DNA of 64,000 nt from positions 4,589 through 68,588 of the forward strand of contig JAZODF010000077.1 in NCBI GenBank assembly GCA_045596865.1, read 5' to 3'. Under the pieces are notes generated by a model that was given only the letters and a program-made list of their open reading frames with translations, was not told where the DNA came from and ran no database searches. This stretch comes from Eubacteriales bacterium. Its GTDB lineage: Bacteria > Bacillota > Clostridia > Oscillospirales > CAG-272. Made by a program: the position numbers and the translations under genes. This document shows positions 29,038 through 39,600 of the stretch, piece by piece. Numbering within the stretch: the stretch's first letter is position 1; each line of letters begins with the position of its first letter.

Positions 29038-32000
29038 TTAATCAATTCTTACATAGCCGTATTCACCGAGGGTGATACGGGTGTTTGCGTCGAGGACGAC
29101 CTCAACGGCGTAGATGTTATAGTTGAGGATGAACACAACCTCATCTCCCGTTGCGACGTCAACGTACTTAACCATGGTAACAAGGTGGTTATCCACGGTA
29201 AATTCGGTGTAATCGTAGTTTTCATCGGTTGCGAAGGAGTCGGTCACGTAATCGTAGCCCGAAACGTAGTCAACCGCGGTGAAGTCGACCCGTACCGAAT
29301 CGGCGGTGCCCGCATAGCGTGCGGTGTATTCGGCAGCGATGGCGGCGATGCGCTCGTCAACGTCGGTTGCCGTGAGCTCGTCAAGGTCAAGGTTAAGGAT
29401 AACCGAGAGCTGATTTACGAGGGCGGCGGTGTCGACGGTGAGCTTAACGCCCTTGCCGTAGTTGGCGGGGTCGCCGTAGAGGCTGTCGAAGGCGTCGCTG
29501 ACAGCGGCGACGATCTGATCCTCTACCATTTTTACGAACTCATCGATGAGGAGGACGGTGTTAGCCTTTTCCTGCTCGGCGGTGAGGACGCGCTCTGCCA
29601 CAAGGGTCTTGTGCTCGGTGATCTGATAGGATTGCAGGTCGCCGATGGCGTTATCAAGCTCGGTATACTGCTGAACGAGGGTGTGATACCAGTTCTTGAA
29701 GTCGACGCCGAAGTACTTGTTAAGGACCTCGTCATCCTTCATAAGCTCGGTATTCTGCATTGCGAGAGTGTAATACAGGCTCGCACCGTTTTCGATAGAG
29801 TGAAGGAGCTCGTACGCGGGGGTACCGGAGTAGTTCATTTCACCGCCAGCGTAGTTAACGAAGCCGTGCAGGACAAGTCCCGTGAAGGGCACGTTGTACG
29901 AGGAGTAGGTGAAATGGCTGGAGTCGATGCTGATGTCGACGATGTGGTCGGCATATTCAACGGCGTAGATATTACCCTTGTTGATCATGAGGCTATACTC
30001 ACTAGCCATGGTGTCAAGCATCTCGGTGACGTAGGACTGTGACTGGTCACGGTTGATGGGGTTATCGTCGTCGAAGTTAGAGTTAAGGTCGGAGCCGAGG
30101 GTGGATACCGAGAGGCCGTCGAAATCGTATTTCGAATACTTCTTATAGAATTTGCCGTACAGTCTTTCAAGCGCGTCGGGGGAGATGATCATCGAGAAGA
30201 AGGACTCAAACTCGCCGGTGACGGTGTTATAAAGCTGCTTGGAGGCGTAGCGGTTATCAACCATGCGGGAGATGTTGTTACGCTTGCCGATTCCGTCGAA
30301 CAACGAGGTGTTGTTCATATACTGGAAGTCGAACTCGGGGTAGATGCCGAGGCGGTTGCCCTCGATCTCGTTGAGGCGGTCAGCCTCAATGAGCATTTCA
30401 CGAACGCCCTTCTTGCCGCCGAGGCAACGCTCCCATTTAACGCGCACGGGGTAGGTGTAATACATACCGTCGTTGGCAAATCCGGTTAGCTTGAAGTTGA
30501 CGTTGGTGATATTCTTTACCTCATCTGCGAGGCGGCGGTACTCGTTTGCGCGTCCCTCGTACTGCTCACGAAGGGAGATGTCATCCTCCTCGGCGGCGGC
30601 GAGTGCTTCATAGCGCTCCGCCTCCTTGATAAACTCGGCGCGGGCGTCGGAGAGGAGATTATACATCTCGATAACGTCCTCAAAGGTGGTGAGGGGTACG
30701 TCAACGGTTATCGGGAAGGAGAGGAATTTCTCAATCTTCTCCATCGAGCCGAGAGCCTCGATGTAGAGGGGAAGATCTTCGTGCACGTTTTCAAGCGCGC
30801 TGATGGTGCCGTTATCGATCAGATACTGTCTGTAATACTCTGCCATTCCATTGTAATCGGGGTTGGACGCGGATGCGTCGAAGTTGGAGAGCATTACGTA
30901 ACGGGTGACGTAGGAGCCGGTGTACTTCGACTCGGAGACCATGGTGTACGAGCCCTTGGCACCGACGGAGATGGTGGTGGAGAGGTCGTATTCATCCGAG
31001 GGGTACGGGGTGAACTGCGCATAGGTTGCGGCGTAGTCGTGGTCGGTACCCTTGATGGACACCATAAGGTTTGCGAGGGATGCACCCTCCTCAAGGATCG
31101 CGAAATAGCCCGTCTTGGCGGTTTCGCCACAGCCGGTGAGTGCCTGCATCGCGGGGGAGGTGGGATAGGTCGAAACCATACCGTAAACGGGCATGGTGAC
31201 CTGCTCACGGTGCTTGCCCGAGATCTTCGAGTAGCAGTAATCGGTGCCGTAGACCGAGAGGCTCAGGGTGAGGGCCGAGAAGTCCTCGTACTCTATTACC
31301 GAGCCCGAGCCGTCGGGAACGAAGATATAGCCGTCATCCGAGATATTACCGCTTCCGAAATACGGAAGGGGGGTAATGGTTTTGAAGGTGTAGAGGGTCT
31401 CATCAAAGATGATGGAGTTTGCGGGGAGACGAACGTTAAGCGAGCCGTCGTCGTTGAAGGTGTACTCGAGAGCGAGACGGAACGAGGGCTTGTTCTTAGC
31501 GTCGTAGACGTAGGAGCACTCCTCCTCTGCCGCGTACATATCGTTGAAGGTATATTCGGGGCAGTAAAGACGGAGGATTGCAGAGTGGGTGCGCTGGTTC
31601 TTGATTACCGACATGCTCTTGTAAGCGTATACAGCGACGCCCTCCTTGGTCAGGGGTGCGATGTTGTAATACTCCTCAAGGTTGACGGAATTTGCACCGA
31701 TGGGGTTGATAAGACGGTAGCTGCCGTAGAAGTCCTCGATATTTCTGCTGACGGTTTTCAGCGAGTCACGGATGTTCTTGTCATCCAGGCGGCTGTAATA
31801 GTCGGACATATCGGAGAGGTAGCTGCTGATCGCCTTGCTATTGATGTACTCGTTCTTATAGACGGGGGTGCCGTCGTATTCATCGGAGGCAAAGAGATCG
31901 AACACGGCGTCGGGGTTATCCGCGCGGCAATACTCCTCGAGCATGAGCTCGTAGTGCTTGAGCATCGGCTTGAGAATATCGTTCTCAAAGCGCTCGCCCG

Positions 32001-32562
32001 AGATCTGGCCCGGGATGAGGAAGCGGGTTGCGGTATCACCCATCGTGTAGTTGACGCGGAGACCGCCCTTGATTGCGGTGACGGCGATCTGCGCGTACTC
32101 TGCCGCCCACTGCGAGCTGTTGTAGGTGGGGTTATCGGCGGAGTTTGCGGTGACGATGAAGGAGATGTCAACCTGGCTCATGAGGGCGCGCTGTACGGTG
32201 ATGGCGTTGGTCTCGGTGCCGGGGTTGTAGGGGTTACTCGTGAGGATCTCACCGGTGGTGTTGTTCTTATAATAAAGGACGCCGGTGTATCTGTTCACGT
32301 AGATCGAATACCTGTTACCTGCGGAGTGGACGTAATCAAGGTAGCCCTCGGAGAGCTCGTAATCGAGCATTTCGGCGGCGTTGTTGAAGGTGTATCCGTA
32401 GGAGGTGGTAACGATCTCCTTGATCTGCTCCTTCGTATAGGTGGACTCGGTATTCACCGAGGGGGAGTGAGCCGCGGAGGTCCTCACGGGAATGAGGATC
32501 GCCGCCGCGCTGAACACCATAAGGACGGTAAGGACAGACGCTAATATTTTCTTCATATTCAT
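29038..32562 (-). CDS. Large secreted DUF5696-type protein
   Basis: Signal peptide MNMKKILASVLTVLMVFSAAA. GYIFVPDGSGSVI, MPVYG, PLTTFEDV and VLHGFVNYAG segments. Operon context. Confidence 0.7.
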   Translation of the reverse strand: MNMKKILASVLTVLMVFSAAAILIPVRTSAAHSPSVNTESTYTKEQIKEIVTTSYGYTFNNAAEMLDYELSEGYLDYVHSAGNRYSIYVNRYTGVLYYKNNTTGEILTSNPYNPGTETNAITVQRALMSQVDISFIVTANSADNPTYNSSQWAAEYAQIAVTAIKGGLRVNYTMGDTATRFLIPGQISGERFENDILKPMLKHYELMLEEYCRADNPDAVFDLFASDEYDGTPVYKNEYINSKAISSYLSDMSDYYSRLDDKNIRDSLKTVSRNIEDFYGSYRLINPIGANSVNLEEYYNIAPLTKEGVAVYAYKSMSVIKNQRTHSAILRLYCPEYTFNDMYAAEEECSYVYDAKNKPSFRLALEYTFNDDGSLNVRLPANSIIFDETLYTFKTITPLPYFGSGNISDDGYIFVPDGSGSVIEYEDFSALTLSLSVYGTDYCYSKISGKHREQVTMPVYGMVSTYPTSPAMQALTGCGETAKTGYFAILEEGASLANLMVSIKGTDHDYAATYAQFTPYPSDEYDLSTTISVGAKGSYTMVSESKYTGSYVTRYVMLSNFDASASNPDYNGMAEYYRQYLIDNGTISALENVHEDLPLYIEALGSMEKIEKFLSFPITVDVPLTTFEDVIEMYNLLSDARAEFIKEAERYEALAAAEEDDISLREQYEGRANEYRRLADEVKNITNVNFKLTGFANDGMYYTYPVRVKWERCLGGKKGVREMLIEADRLNEIEGNRLGIYPEFDFQYMNNTSLFDGIGKRNNISRMVDNRYASKQLYNTVTGEFESFFSMIISPDALERLYGKFYKKYSKYDFDGLSVSTLGSDLNSNFDDDNPINRDQSQSYVTEMLDTMASEYSLMINKGNIYAVEYADHIVDISIDSSHFTYSSYNVPFTGLVLHGFVNYAGGEMNYSGTPAYELLHSIENGASLYYTLAMQNTELMKDDEVLNKYFGVDFKNWYHTLVQQYTELDNAIGDLQSYQITEHKTLVAERVLTAEQEKANTVLLIDEFVKMVEDQIVAAVSDAFDSLYGDPANYGKGVKLTVDTAALVNQLSVILNLDLDELTATDVDERIAAIAAEYTARYAGTADSVRVDFTAVDYVSGYDYVTDSFATDENYDYTEFTVDNHLVTMVKYVDVATGDEVVFILNYNIYAVEVVLDANTRITLGEYGYVRID

Positions 32563-32583
32563 TATATTATTAACCTCCAATCC

Positions 32584-34794
32584 TTACATTCGGTTTCCGA
32601 TCTCCTTGACAAGCGAGATGACGAAGGTGATCATCTTCATCATAAGGCTTCCAAAGAGGATAACGAGGAACATTATGATTGCCATTGCAAGAATTGTACC
32701 GAGCATGGTAACGAAGTTCTTGCTGAGCGAGTAATCGTGGGTGACGAGCATACCGAAGAAGATCAGTATGAGCGCCCATATAAGACCGATAATCAATACG
32801 AGATTGACGATCTTGCCCTCGGTGGTGACGAGGATGTTGGAAAGAATAGTAGATGCGATGAGGAATACGGGAAGGGGTGCGAGTGCGTAGCAGGTCGCGA
32901 TGTAGATATCCTTGAAGCTACCCTCACCGTCAAACAGGGTGGTCAGACACCAGTTGGCGATGATCCAGAGCATTACGGGAACGCCGACGGAGAGAATTGA
33001 AACGAAGATAGAGCTGTAATTACCCTTCGCGTTGAAGAGGTAGCCCTTACCGATCATATTATAGAAGAAGGATACGATGGTCAGGGCGAAGATGGTGCTT
33101 GCCGCTCTTACAGAGCCGCGCTTCTCATGCTTGAGGTCCCAGAAGCCGTCAAACGGATGGAACACAAGGTGGAAGGCGAAGAGCAGCTCCTCCCAATAGG
33201 TTTTCCTACCGACCTTGAGGGTGGTTGCCTTGTTCTTCTTCTTCGCGTAGCCGAGGAATTTCACGGCACCGACGAGGAGGATGATAACGAGGGGCAGGAT
33301 CCAGAGGATGTGCTTATTGATGAACTCCTTACGCATTTCGGCGTATGCCTTGGAGGCGTAGGTGGTTTCGTAGGCGTTCTGAAGAATCTCATACGCCTCG
33401 TCGTACTTACCCTGGCTGAAGAGTGCCTTACCGATACCGATATAGGCGAGGTCGAAGTTGGAGTTACGCTGGAGGACCTCCTCCCAATAGTCGATGGATG
33501 CGGTGTACTTGTTTTTATTCTGGCTCTCAAGAGCGCTCATAAGGATGTCGCAATACTCGGTGGGGGTATAAACGACGATCTGGTAGCCTGCCGCGCTGTT
33601 ATCGAGGACGAGGAGGCGGGATTCGTACTTCCCTTCATCATCGTCCCAGACGCGCTGGTAGGTGATTGCCTTGAAATCGCTGCCGCTACCGATCTGGTCG
33701 CCCTGGTCGCCGAAGGCGAAGAGGAGGTTACCGTCCTGGTCGTAGGTGAAGAGCCTGATACGGCGCTTGTTTCCAAGGGGGGTGTTATCGAGGATGGTCC
33801 AGGTTCCCTGCTCTCCAAGGGCGACGTCCTTGATCTTCGAGACCTCGCTTGCCTGGAATACGTCGACCTCTCCACCGGGGTCAAAGAAGCCGTTACGGTT
33901 AAGGATCTGCGATCCCTGAGAGTTGAGCTTCTTTACGGGGGAGTAGTCGGGTGCCTTGGACTTGATTGCGGCGAGCTGCTTGGCATTATCGATTGCGTCG
34001 GAGGTGACGTATACGAAGCCGTCGTCGTCAACCGTGATGTTGTTATATGCAACCGAGATGTTCTTTACCGCCTGTGCCTTCTGCTCATCCGTCTGGAAGT
34101 TACGCCAGATCATCTGAAGGAGGCTGTACGTTACCTTCTGTGCACCGATGTAGCCCGTGAAGGCACCGTTGCTGGAGATAACGATGACGCCCTCGAAGGA
34201 GGTGGAGGATACGACGAAGATTCTGCCGTAGATGTCAACCGCGATCGAGATGGGGGTGAAACGGTCGGGGGGGAGAAGCGGGCTTTCCGGGCAGTCGATG
34301 GTGCGAACGTGATTGTACTGACGGTCGAACACGACGATGCGGCGGTTACCGGTATCGCAGACGTAGATGAGGCTCTCACCGCTTGCGGTCTTGGTCGAGT
34401 CGGTGACGAAGAGACCGCGGGGGCCGTTGAAGCTCTCGGTCTGGCCGGAGACGGAGTCGACGAAGGAGCTCAGCACCTTGACGACGCGATAGCTGCTATC
34501 GAGGATGACGATACGGTTATTCGCCCTGTCGGCGATGTATACGTTACCGTCCTGGTCGGTGACGATGTCGGTCGACTCACCGAGGGTGATGCCGCCGTAT
34601 TTGGGATCAAGCAGACCCATTTCAGCAACGGTGACCGAGCGGTGGATGTCGTAGGCATCGGGCGACTGAAGCGGGATACCGTCGATAGAGTAGGTGTAGG
34701 TATCGTAGGGATTTTCGGCAAAGACGGTCATGCCGCCGAAGAGGAGGACGAAGGCGAGGGCGAGAATCAGTATTTTGAATATTCTGTTTTTCAT
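32584..34794 (-). CDS. NHL-repeat beta-propeller + TPR-like + YIP1-type membrane domain protein
   Basis: Signal peptide, PYDTYTY, VYIADRANNRIV and IYVCDTGNRRIV (NHL), YIGIGKALFSQGKY (TPR-like), HPFDGFWDLKHEKRG, NWCLTTLFDGEG, five to six C-terminal TMs. Confidence 0.8.
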   Translation of the reverse strand: MKNRIFKILILALAFVLLFGGMTVFAENPYDTYTYSIDGIPLQSPDAYDIHRSVTVAEMGLLDPKYGGITLGESTDIVTDQDGNVYIADRANNRIVILDSSYRVVKVLSSFVDSVSGQTESFNGPRGLFVTDSTKTASGESLIYVCDTGNRRIVVFDRQYNHVRTIDCPESPLLPPDRFTPISIAVDIYGRIFVVSSTSFEGVIVISSNGAFTGYIGAQKVTYSLLQMIWRNFQTDEQKAQAVKNISVAYNNITVDDDGFVYVTSDAIDNAKQLAAIKSKAPDYSPVKKLNSQGSQILNRNGFFDPGGEVDVFQASEVSKIKDVALGEQGTWTILDNTPLGNKRRIRLFTYDQDGNLLFAFGDQGDQIGSGSDFKAITYQRVWDDDEGKYESRLLVLDNSAAGYQIVVYTPTEYCDILMSALESQNKNKYTASIDYWEEVLQRNSNFDLAYIGIGKALFSQGKYDEAYEILQNAYETTYASKAYAEMRKEFINKHILWILPLVIILLVGAVKFLGYAKKKNKATTLKVGRKTYWEELLFAFHLVFHPFDGFWDLKHEKRGSVRAASTIFALTIVSFFYNMIGKGYLFNAKGNYSSIFVSILSVGVPVMLWIIANWCLTTLFDGEGSFKDIYIATCYALAPLPVFLIASTILSNILVTTEGKIVNLVLIIGLIWALILIFFGMLVTHDYSLSKNFVTMLGTILAMAIIMFLVILFGSLMMKMITFVISLVKEIGNRM

Positions 34795-34803
34795 ACGACC
34801 TCC

Positions 34804-35679
34804 TTAATCCTTCATACCCGACGAGCCCATCGTTTCAATGATCTGGCTCTGGTTGAGGACGAATACCGTGATCGGCACCGCCATCATGATAACCGTGGAT
34901 GCCGCGCCGGCACCCGAACGGGCAATACCGCCGGAGACGATCTGCTGAATAGCGTAGTTGAACGTTTTAAGCTCCTCGGAGTGAATGTAGATCGACGAGC
35001 CCGAATTCCAAAGGGATTTGAAGCACTCGATCATAAGTGTGAGCCACGCGGGCTTAACCATCGGCATTGCGATAGTCAGGTAGGTCCTGAACTCGCTGGC
35101 GCCGTCAAGTCGCGCGGATTCGAGTACCGTATCGGGAACCGAGGTCTCCATGAACTGCTTCATAAGGTAAAGACCCATGGTGGTTGCCATCGAGGGAACG
35201 ATAATCGACATATAGGTATCAATCCATCCGAACGAGGAAAGGATGATGAAGTGGGTTACCTGGTTTACGGTAGAGTGGAACATCAGCGAGGTGACGATAA
35301 GCTGGAAGATCGCGTTTCTACCGGGGAATTTCAGCTTCGCAAGCGAATAGGCCGCCATGGAAGCGAATACAAGGTTACCGAGGGTACCCGCAACCGTGAT
35401 AAGCACGGTGTTGAATATGTATCGCGAGAAGGGCACCCAAGAGTCACTCATAAGAGTGAACAGGTCGCCGAAGTTCTCAACCGTGGGGTTGATAACGTAG
35501 AAGCGAGGGGGGAACATAAAGAGCTCGTCAAGGGGCTTGAATGCCTGTATTACAACGTAGTACATAGGCATAAACATAAACACACCAAGAAGAGTGAGCA
35601 TGATGGTGATACCCGTATCACCGCCCGCCGAACGGTTAAGTACGACGCGATGTCCTCTGGTTCTTAATTTCTGTGCCAT
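34804..35679 (-). CDS. Carbohydrate ABC transporter permease (MalG-like)
   Basis: AFKPLDELFMFPPRF and LESARLDGASEF...MPMVKPAWLT motifs. Confidence 0.9.
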   Translation of the reverse strand: MAQKLRTRGHRVVLNRSAGGDTGITIMLTLLGVFMFMPMYYVVIQAFKPLDELFMFPPRFYVINPTVENFGDLFTLMSDSWVPFSRYIFNTVLITVAGTLGNLVFASMAAYSLAKLKFPGRNAIFQLIVTSLMFHSTVNQVTHFIILSSFGWIDTYMSIIVPSMATTMGLYLMKQFMETSVPDTVLESARLDGASEFRTYLTIAMPMVKPAWLTLMIECFKSLWNSGSSIYIHSEELKTFNYAIQQIVSGGIARSGAGAASTVIMMAVPITVFVLNQSQIIETMGSSGMKD

Positions 35680-35681
35680 GC

Positions 35682-36629
35682 TTATTCACCTACCTTCGCA
35701 AGAGCCTTCTTGATAATAATATTCGCGGAGAACATTATTACGAAGAGAATTACGGCGATGGCCGAGGCGTAGCCGACCTCGTATCGTGCGCCACCGTAGT
35801 CACTCAGGTGGTGCATGATAGTATGTGCGGCGTAGTCAACCGACGGGAAGCCGCAGAGTGCGTCAACGACAGAGCCGAAGCCGAAGGAGTTGGTGATCGA
35901 GAGGACCGCACCGAACATCAGCTGAGGACGCATGGTGGGGAGGGTGATGTACCAAAGCTCCTGCCATCTGTTCTTGATTCCGTCAACTGCGGCGGCCTCG
36001 TACATCGAGCGGTCGATGGTCTGGAAGCCCGCGATGAAGGAAAGGAATGCGGTACCGAGCGAGGTCCAGAGTGCGACGACGATACAAAGACCCATTACGT
36101 AATCGGCATCCTGGAACCACAGGATAGGCTCGGCAATGATGCCGTATTTAATGAGCACCGCGATCGCCCAACCGTAGGAGTCGGAGGAGAACAGGGTTTT
36201 CCAAATCAGGTACGCCTGACCCGAGATGGAGGGGGCGTAGAATACGAGGGTTACAACCGCGCGGATCTTGGGGGGCAGCTCGTTGATGAACCACGCAACA
36301 AGAAGGGCGAGGATGTAGGAAACGGGGCCGGTTACCGCCGCGAAGATCAGTGTGTTCTGGCAGGCGAGGATGAATATCTCGTCATTTAAGAACAGTCGCA
36401 TAAAGTTGTCGATGCCGACGATCTCGGGCATTTCCAGCATGTTGAAGTTGGTAATACTCAGGAAGATGGAAAGAAGAACGGGAAGAACGGTGAAGATAAT
36501 GAAGAGGAGGAAGAAGGGCGCGAGCATGAAGTACGCGGTCTTGTTATTCTTCATTTCCTGCCAGGTCCAACGGAGCTTCGACACTTCCGAGCGCTTTACC
36601 GGACGGGATGCCTCATTTTTAGCTGACAT
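35682..36629 (-). CDS. Carbohydrate ABC transporter permease (MalF-like)
   Basis: YEAAAVDGIKNRWQELWYITLP and GYASAIAV motifs. Confidence 0.9.
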   Translation of the reverse strand: MSAKNEASRPVKRSEVSKLRWTWQEMKNNKTAYFMLAPFFLLFIIFTVLPVLLSIFLSITNFNMLEMPEIVGIDNFMRLFLNDEIFILACQNTLIFAAVTGPVSYILALLVAWFINELPPKIRAVVTLVFYAPSISGQAYLIWKTLFSSDSYGWAIAVLIKYGIIAEPILWFQDADYVMGLCIVVALWTSLGTAFLSFIAGFQTIDRSMYEAAAVDGIKNRWQELWYITLPTMRPQLMFGAVLSITNSFGFGSVVDALCGFPSVDYAAHTIMHHLSDYGGARYEVGYASAIAVILFVIMFSANIIIKKALAKVGE

Positions 36630-36643
36630 TTCGTTCTCCTTTC

Positions 36644-39600
36644 TTATTTATTACGGCCGTCGAGCTGGGGAGGCTCGTCGGTGCTGTTTTCGGGCGTCCA
36701 AAGACCTGCGTCCTTGAACTCCTCACGCTTACGCGTGATCTCAATATTGATCGCGTCGATGTAGCCGCGCATTGCGTCGACGGGGTTAGCGTTCTCGTTT
36801 ACGACGTCGAAGAATGCGAACTGCATGTATCTGTTGATAATGTAGGAGCCGGGGTAGTTTACGATAGAGGACATGTGGTCCATCTGGTTCATAATTGCCT
36901 TCTTCTCCTTTGCAGTCCAGGAGAGGTTGTTGATCGCCTCAAGGTTAGCGGTCTCGTACTTAGCGGAGGGACCGATAAGAGCAACCATGCGGTTACCGTA
37001 CTCAGCCTGTGCCTCCTTGCCGGTCTGCCACTGAACGAACTGCCATGCGGGGAGAAGGTCGGCGCCGACACCGTGAAGGATTACCGTCGCGCTGACGCCC
37101 GCGAGCGAGTCGTAGTTGAAGCTACCGTCCTCTCTGTGCGAGCCGGGAAGCGAGCAGAACTCCCAAAGACCCTCGATCTCGGTTGCGTATACGGTGAGCT
37201 GGTTGTAAATGCCCGCGTAGTCGCCGATGATCAAAGGCATCTCACCCGTTCTGAAGCGGTTTGCCGCGTCGTAGGATACGGGGAACGAGTAGTCGGTGTA
37301 AAGACGGGTGGTGAACTTGAACGCCTCGAGAGCGATGTTGGTATCGAGGGCGATACGCGCACCCGCGTACTTACTGTCGTAAAGGTCCTTTTCGGTATAC
37401 ATCCACATGCTGCCGCCCTTCTGATAGATCATGAAGTCGAGAGCGCTGAGGTAGGATACGCCGATGGACATATTGTTAGCCTGAAGAACGTTGAGTATAG
37501 AGAGCATTTCATCCCAGGACTCGGGAACCTCGACACCGAGCTCGGCAAGGACGTCCATACGGTAGAACATCATTGCAAATCCCATGGTCTGAGGAATACC
37601 GTAGCCGACGTCAAGAAGGGTTACGGTATCGAGTGCCGCCTGAGAGAAGGTTTTGCCGGGAGCGATGAATTCGTCGTAGGGGCGGGACACGAAGCTTGCA
37701 GTCTCGCCAACGCGCTCCTCGGTCACGGTAGAATAGCTACCGTCCGCATTCTTGTAAGTGTAGTAGGTGGTCGAGAAGACCGCGTTATCCGCGTCGGTCC
37801 AATCGTTGCCCGTCTTTGCATTTCCGCTGATGCCGACGACGGCGTTACGAATGGCGTAGTTGATAACGTCGGAGGCACCGAGGCCAATGTAGACGTCGGG
37901 GCCCTTGCCCGAGAGGATCGAGGGCAGGAGCGTACCGCCCGTGACGAGCTTCAACGCGACGGCGTTGCCCGTGGAGTCGGTATAGCTGCCGCTGGCGTCG
38001 ATCATGGTACGCCAGATCTGCGACTGGTCACGGCCGGATGCGAGCCAGACGTCGATGGTGGTGGTGTTCTCGTCGGGGATGGTGGTCAGACCCATCTGAT
38101 CGTACTCGACGAAGAAGGAATTCCAGAAGGACTGGATCTCGAACCAGAGCGACTTGTACCAGGGAGCCTTTGCCCTGGGAAGTGCGTCGGTGTCGGACAC
38201 GGCGTCGGAGCCGGATTCCTTAGCGGGGACGACCCAGATGGAATCGACGACGACGGTGCTACGCTTGGAGTTATTGATCCAGGTACCGAGAGTACCGAGG
38301 TAGGACTTGAAGGTGCTCATATTCTGAGCGATGTCCTCGCCCTCGTCCTTACCCATGGTATCGAGAAGGCGTGCAACCGTTTCAAGCGTCGCGGTATGCG
38401 AGCCGCTCGTGCCGCAGAGGGCCTCGAGCTCCGCCTTGATCTCCATGAGCTCTACCGCGTTTTCAAGAAGGCTGACGAGCACCTCGGGCATGATGGAGAT
38501 GAAGCCGTAGTCACGGTTCTCGTCGGGGTCGGTACCGGTGAGCTGGAGGATGGAGAGATAGCAGGCGTTGACCTCCTCAAGGACGGTCTCGGCGCGCTGA
38601 ATAAGGTCCTTAAGAGTACCGAGCGAGCACTCAAGGTACACGGTGTACTCTACCCCCTCCTCAAAATAGAAGAGGAATTCGGTATCGCCGTATCCGACGT
38701 AGCCGGACTGCCATTTCTTGCTGTAATGGAACTCCGCGTCGCTTGCCTCGATGAAGGGGGAGGTAGGCGTTCCGTCGGCGAGGCCGTAGTCACCGCCCGA
38801 GAGCTTGATCGAGCGACAGACGTACATACCCTCAAGGGCGCTCTGCTTATATCTCATAGCGAGGTTATAGAAGCCGTCCTCGGTTACGCGGAACTTATAT
38901 GCGGCCCACTGACCGACCGAGTTGTAGCTGTTCTCGCCGATTACGTTAAACAGCTGGCTGTCGGCGGCGATGGGATAGGTGATGGCGGAGGTGTTATCGT
39001 TGGTGGGGGCAACCGAGGAGTCGGAGATCCTGTCGGGGAACTCCGCCTGGATTTCGACAACGCTGCCGTTCTGCGGAACGGGAAGCTTGCCGCCGTTCAT
39101 CTGCTTGTACGAATCGAGGTACTGCTGATAGCTGGGGGCGGTACCGGATACGTCGCCGGCGGGGATGAGCTTGATCGAGCGGACGATCATGGGCTCACGC
39201 TCGGCCTCGAGGGTGATGGTACGGGTACCCGACGCCATGTAGATCGCAAAATACTCGGTATAGTAACCGGTAGAATCCTGGACGAAGTAGGTGTTCCAGG
39301 TGGGCGAGGTTACGGGCGTGGGGGACATCGAGTTGCCGTTGATATCCTTAGTGAGGGTGTAGGTCGTGACGGTCTTGACCCCGTCCTTGACCTCGGTGAT
39401 GATTTTGAAGTAGCCGTCGGCGTTGTTATCGTAATCAACGTCGTAGCTGTCAGGCTCGCCTGCCGCGCTCTCTGTCTTTACGGTGACGTTATCGTAAATC
39501 CAGTTCTTATTAAGATTGAGGGTAGATACCTCGTCAAAGGGTACCTTACCGTCGATCTTAAGCTTGCGCTCGATGGACGAGATACTCGACTGAGAGGTGT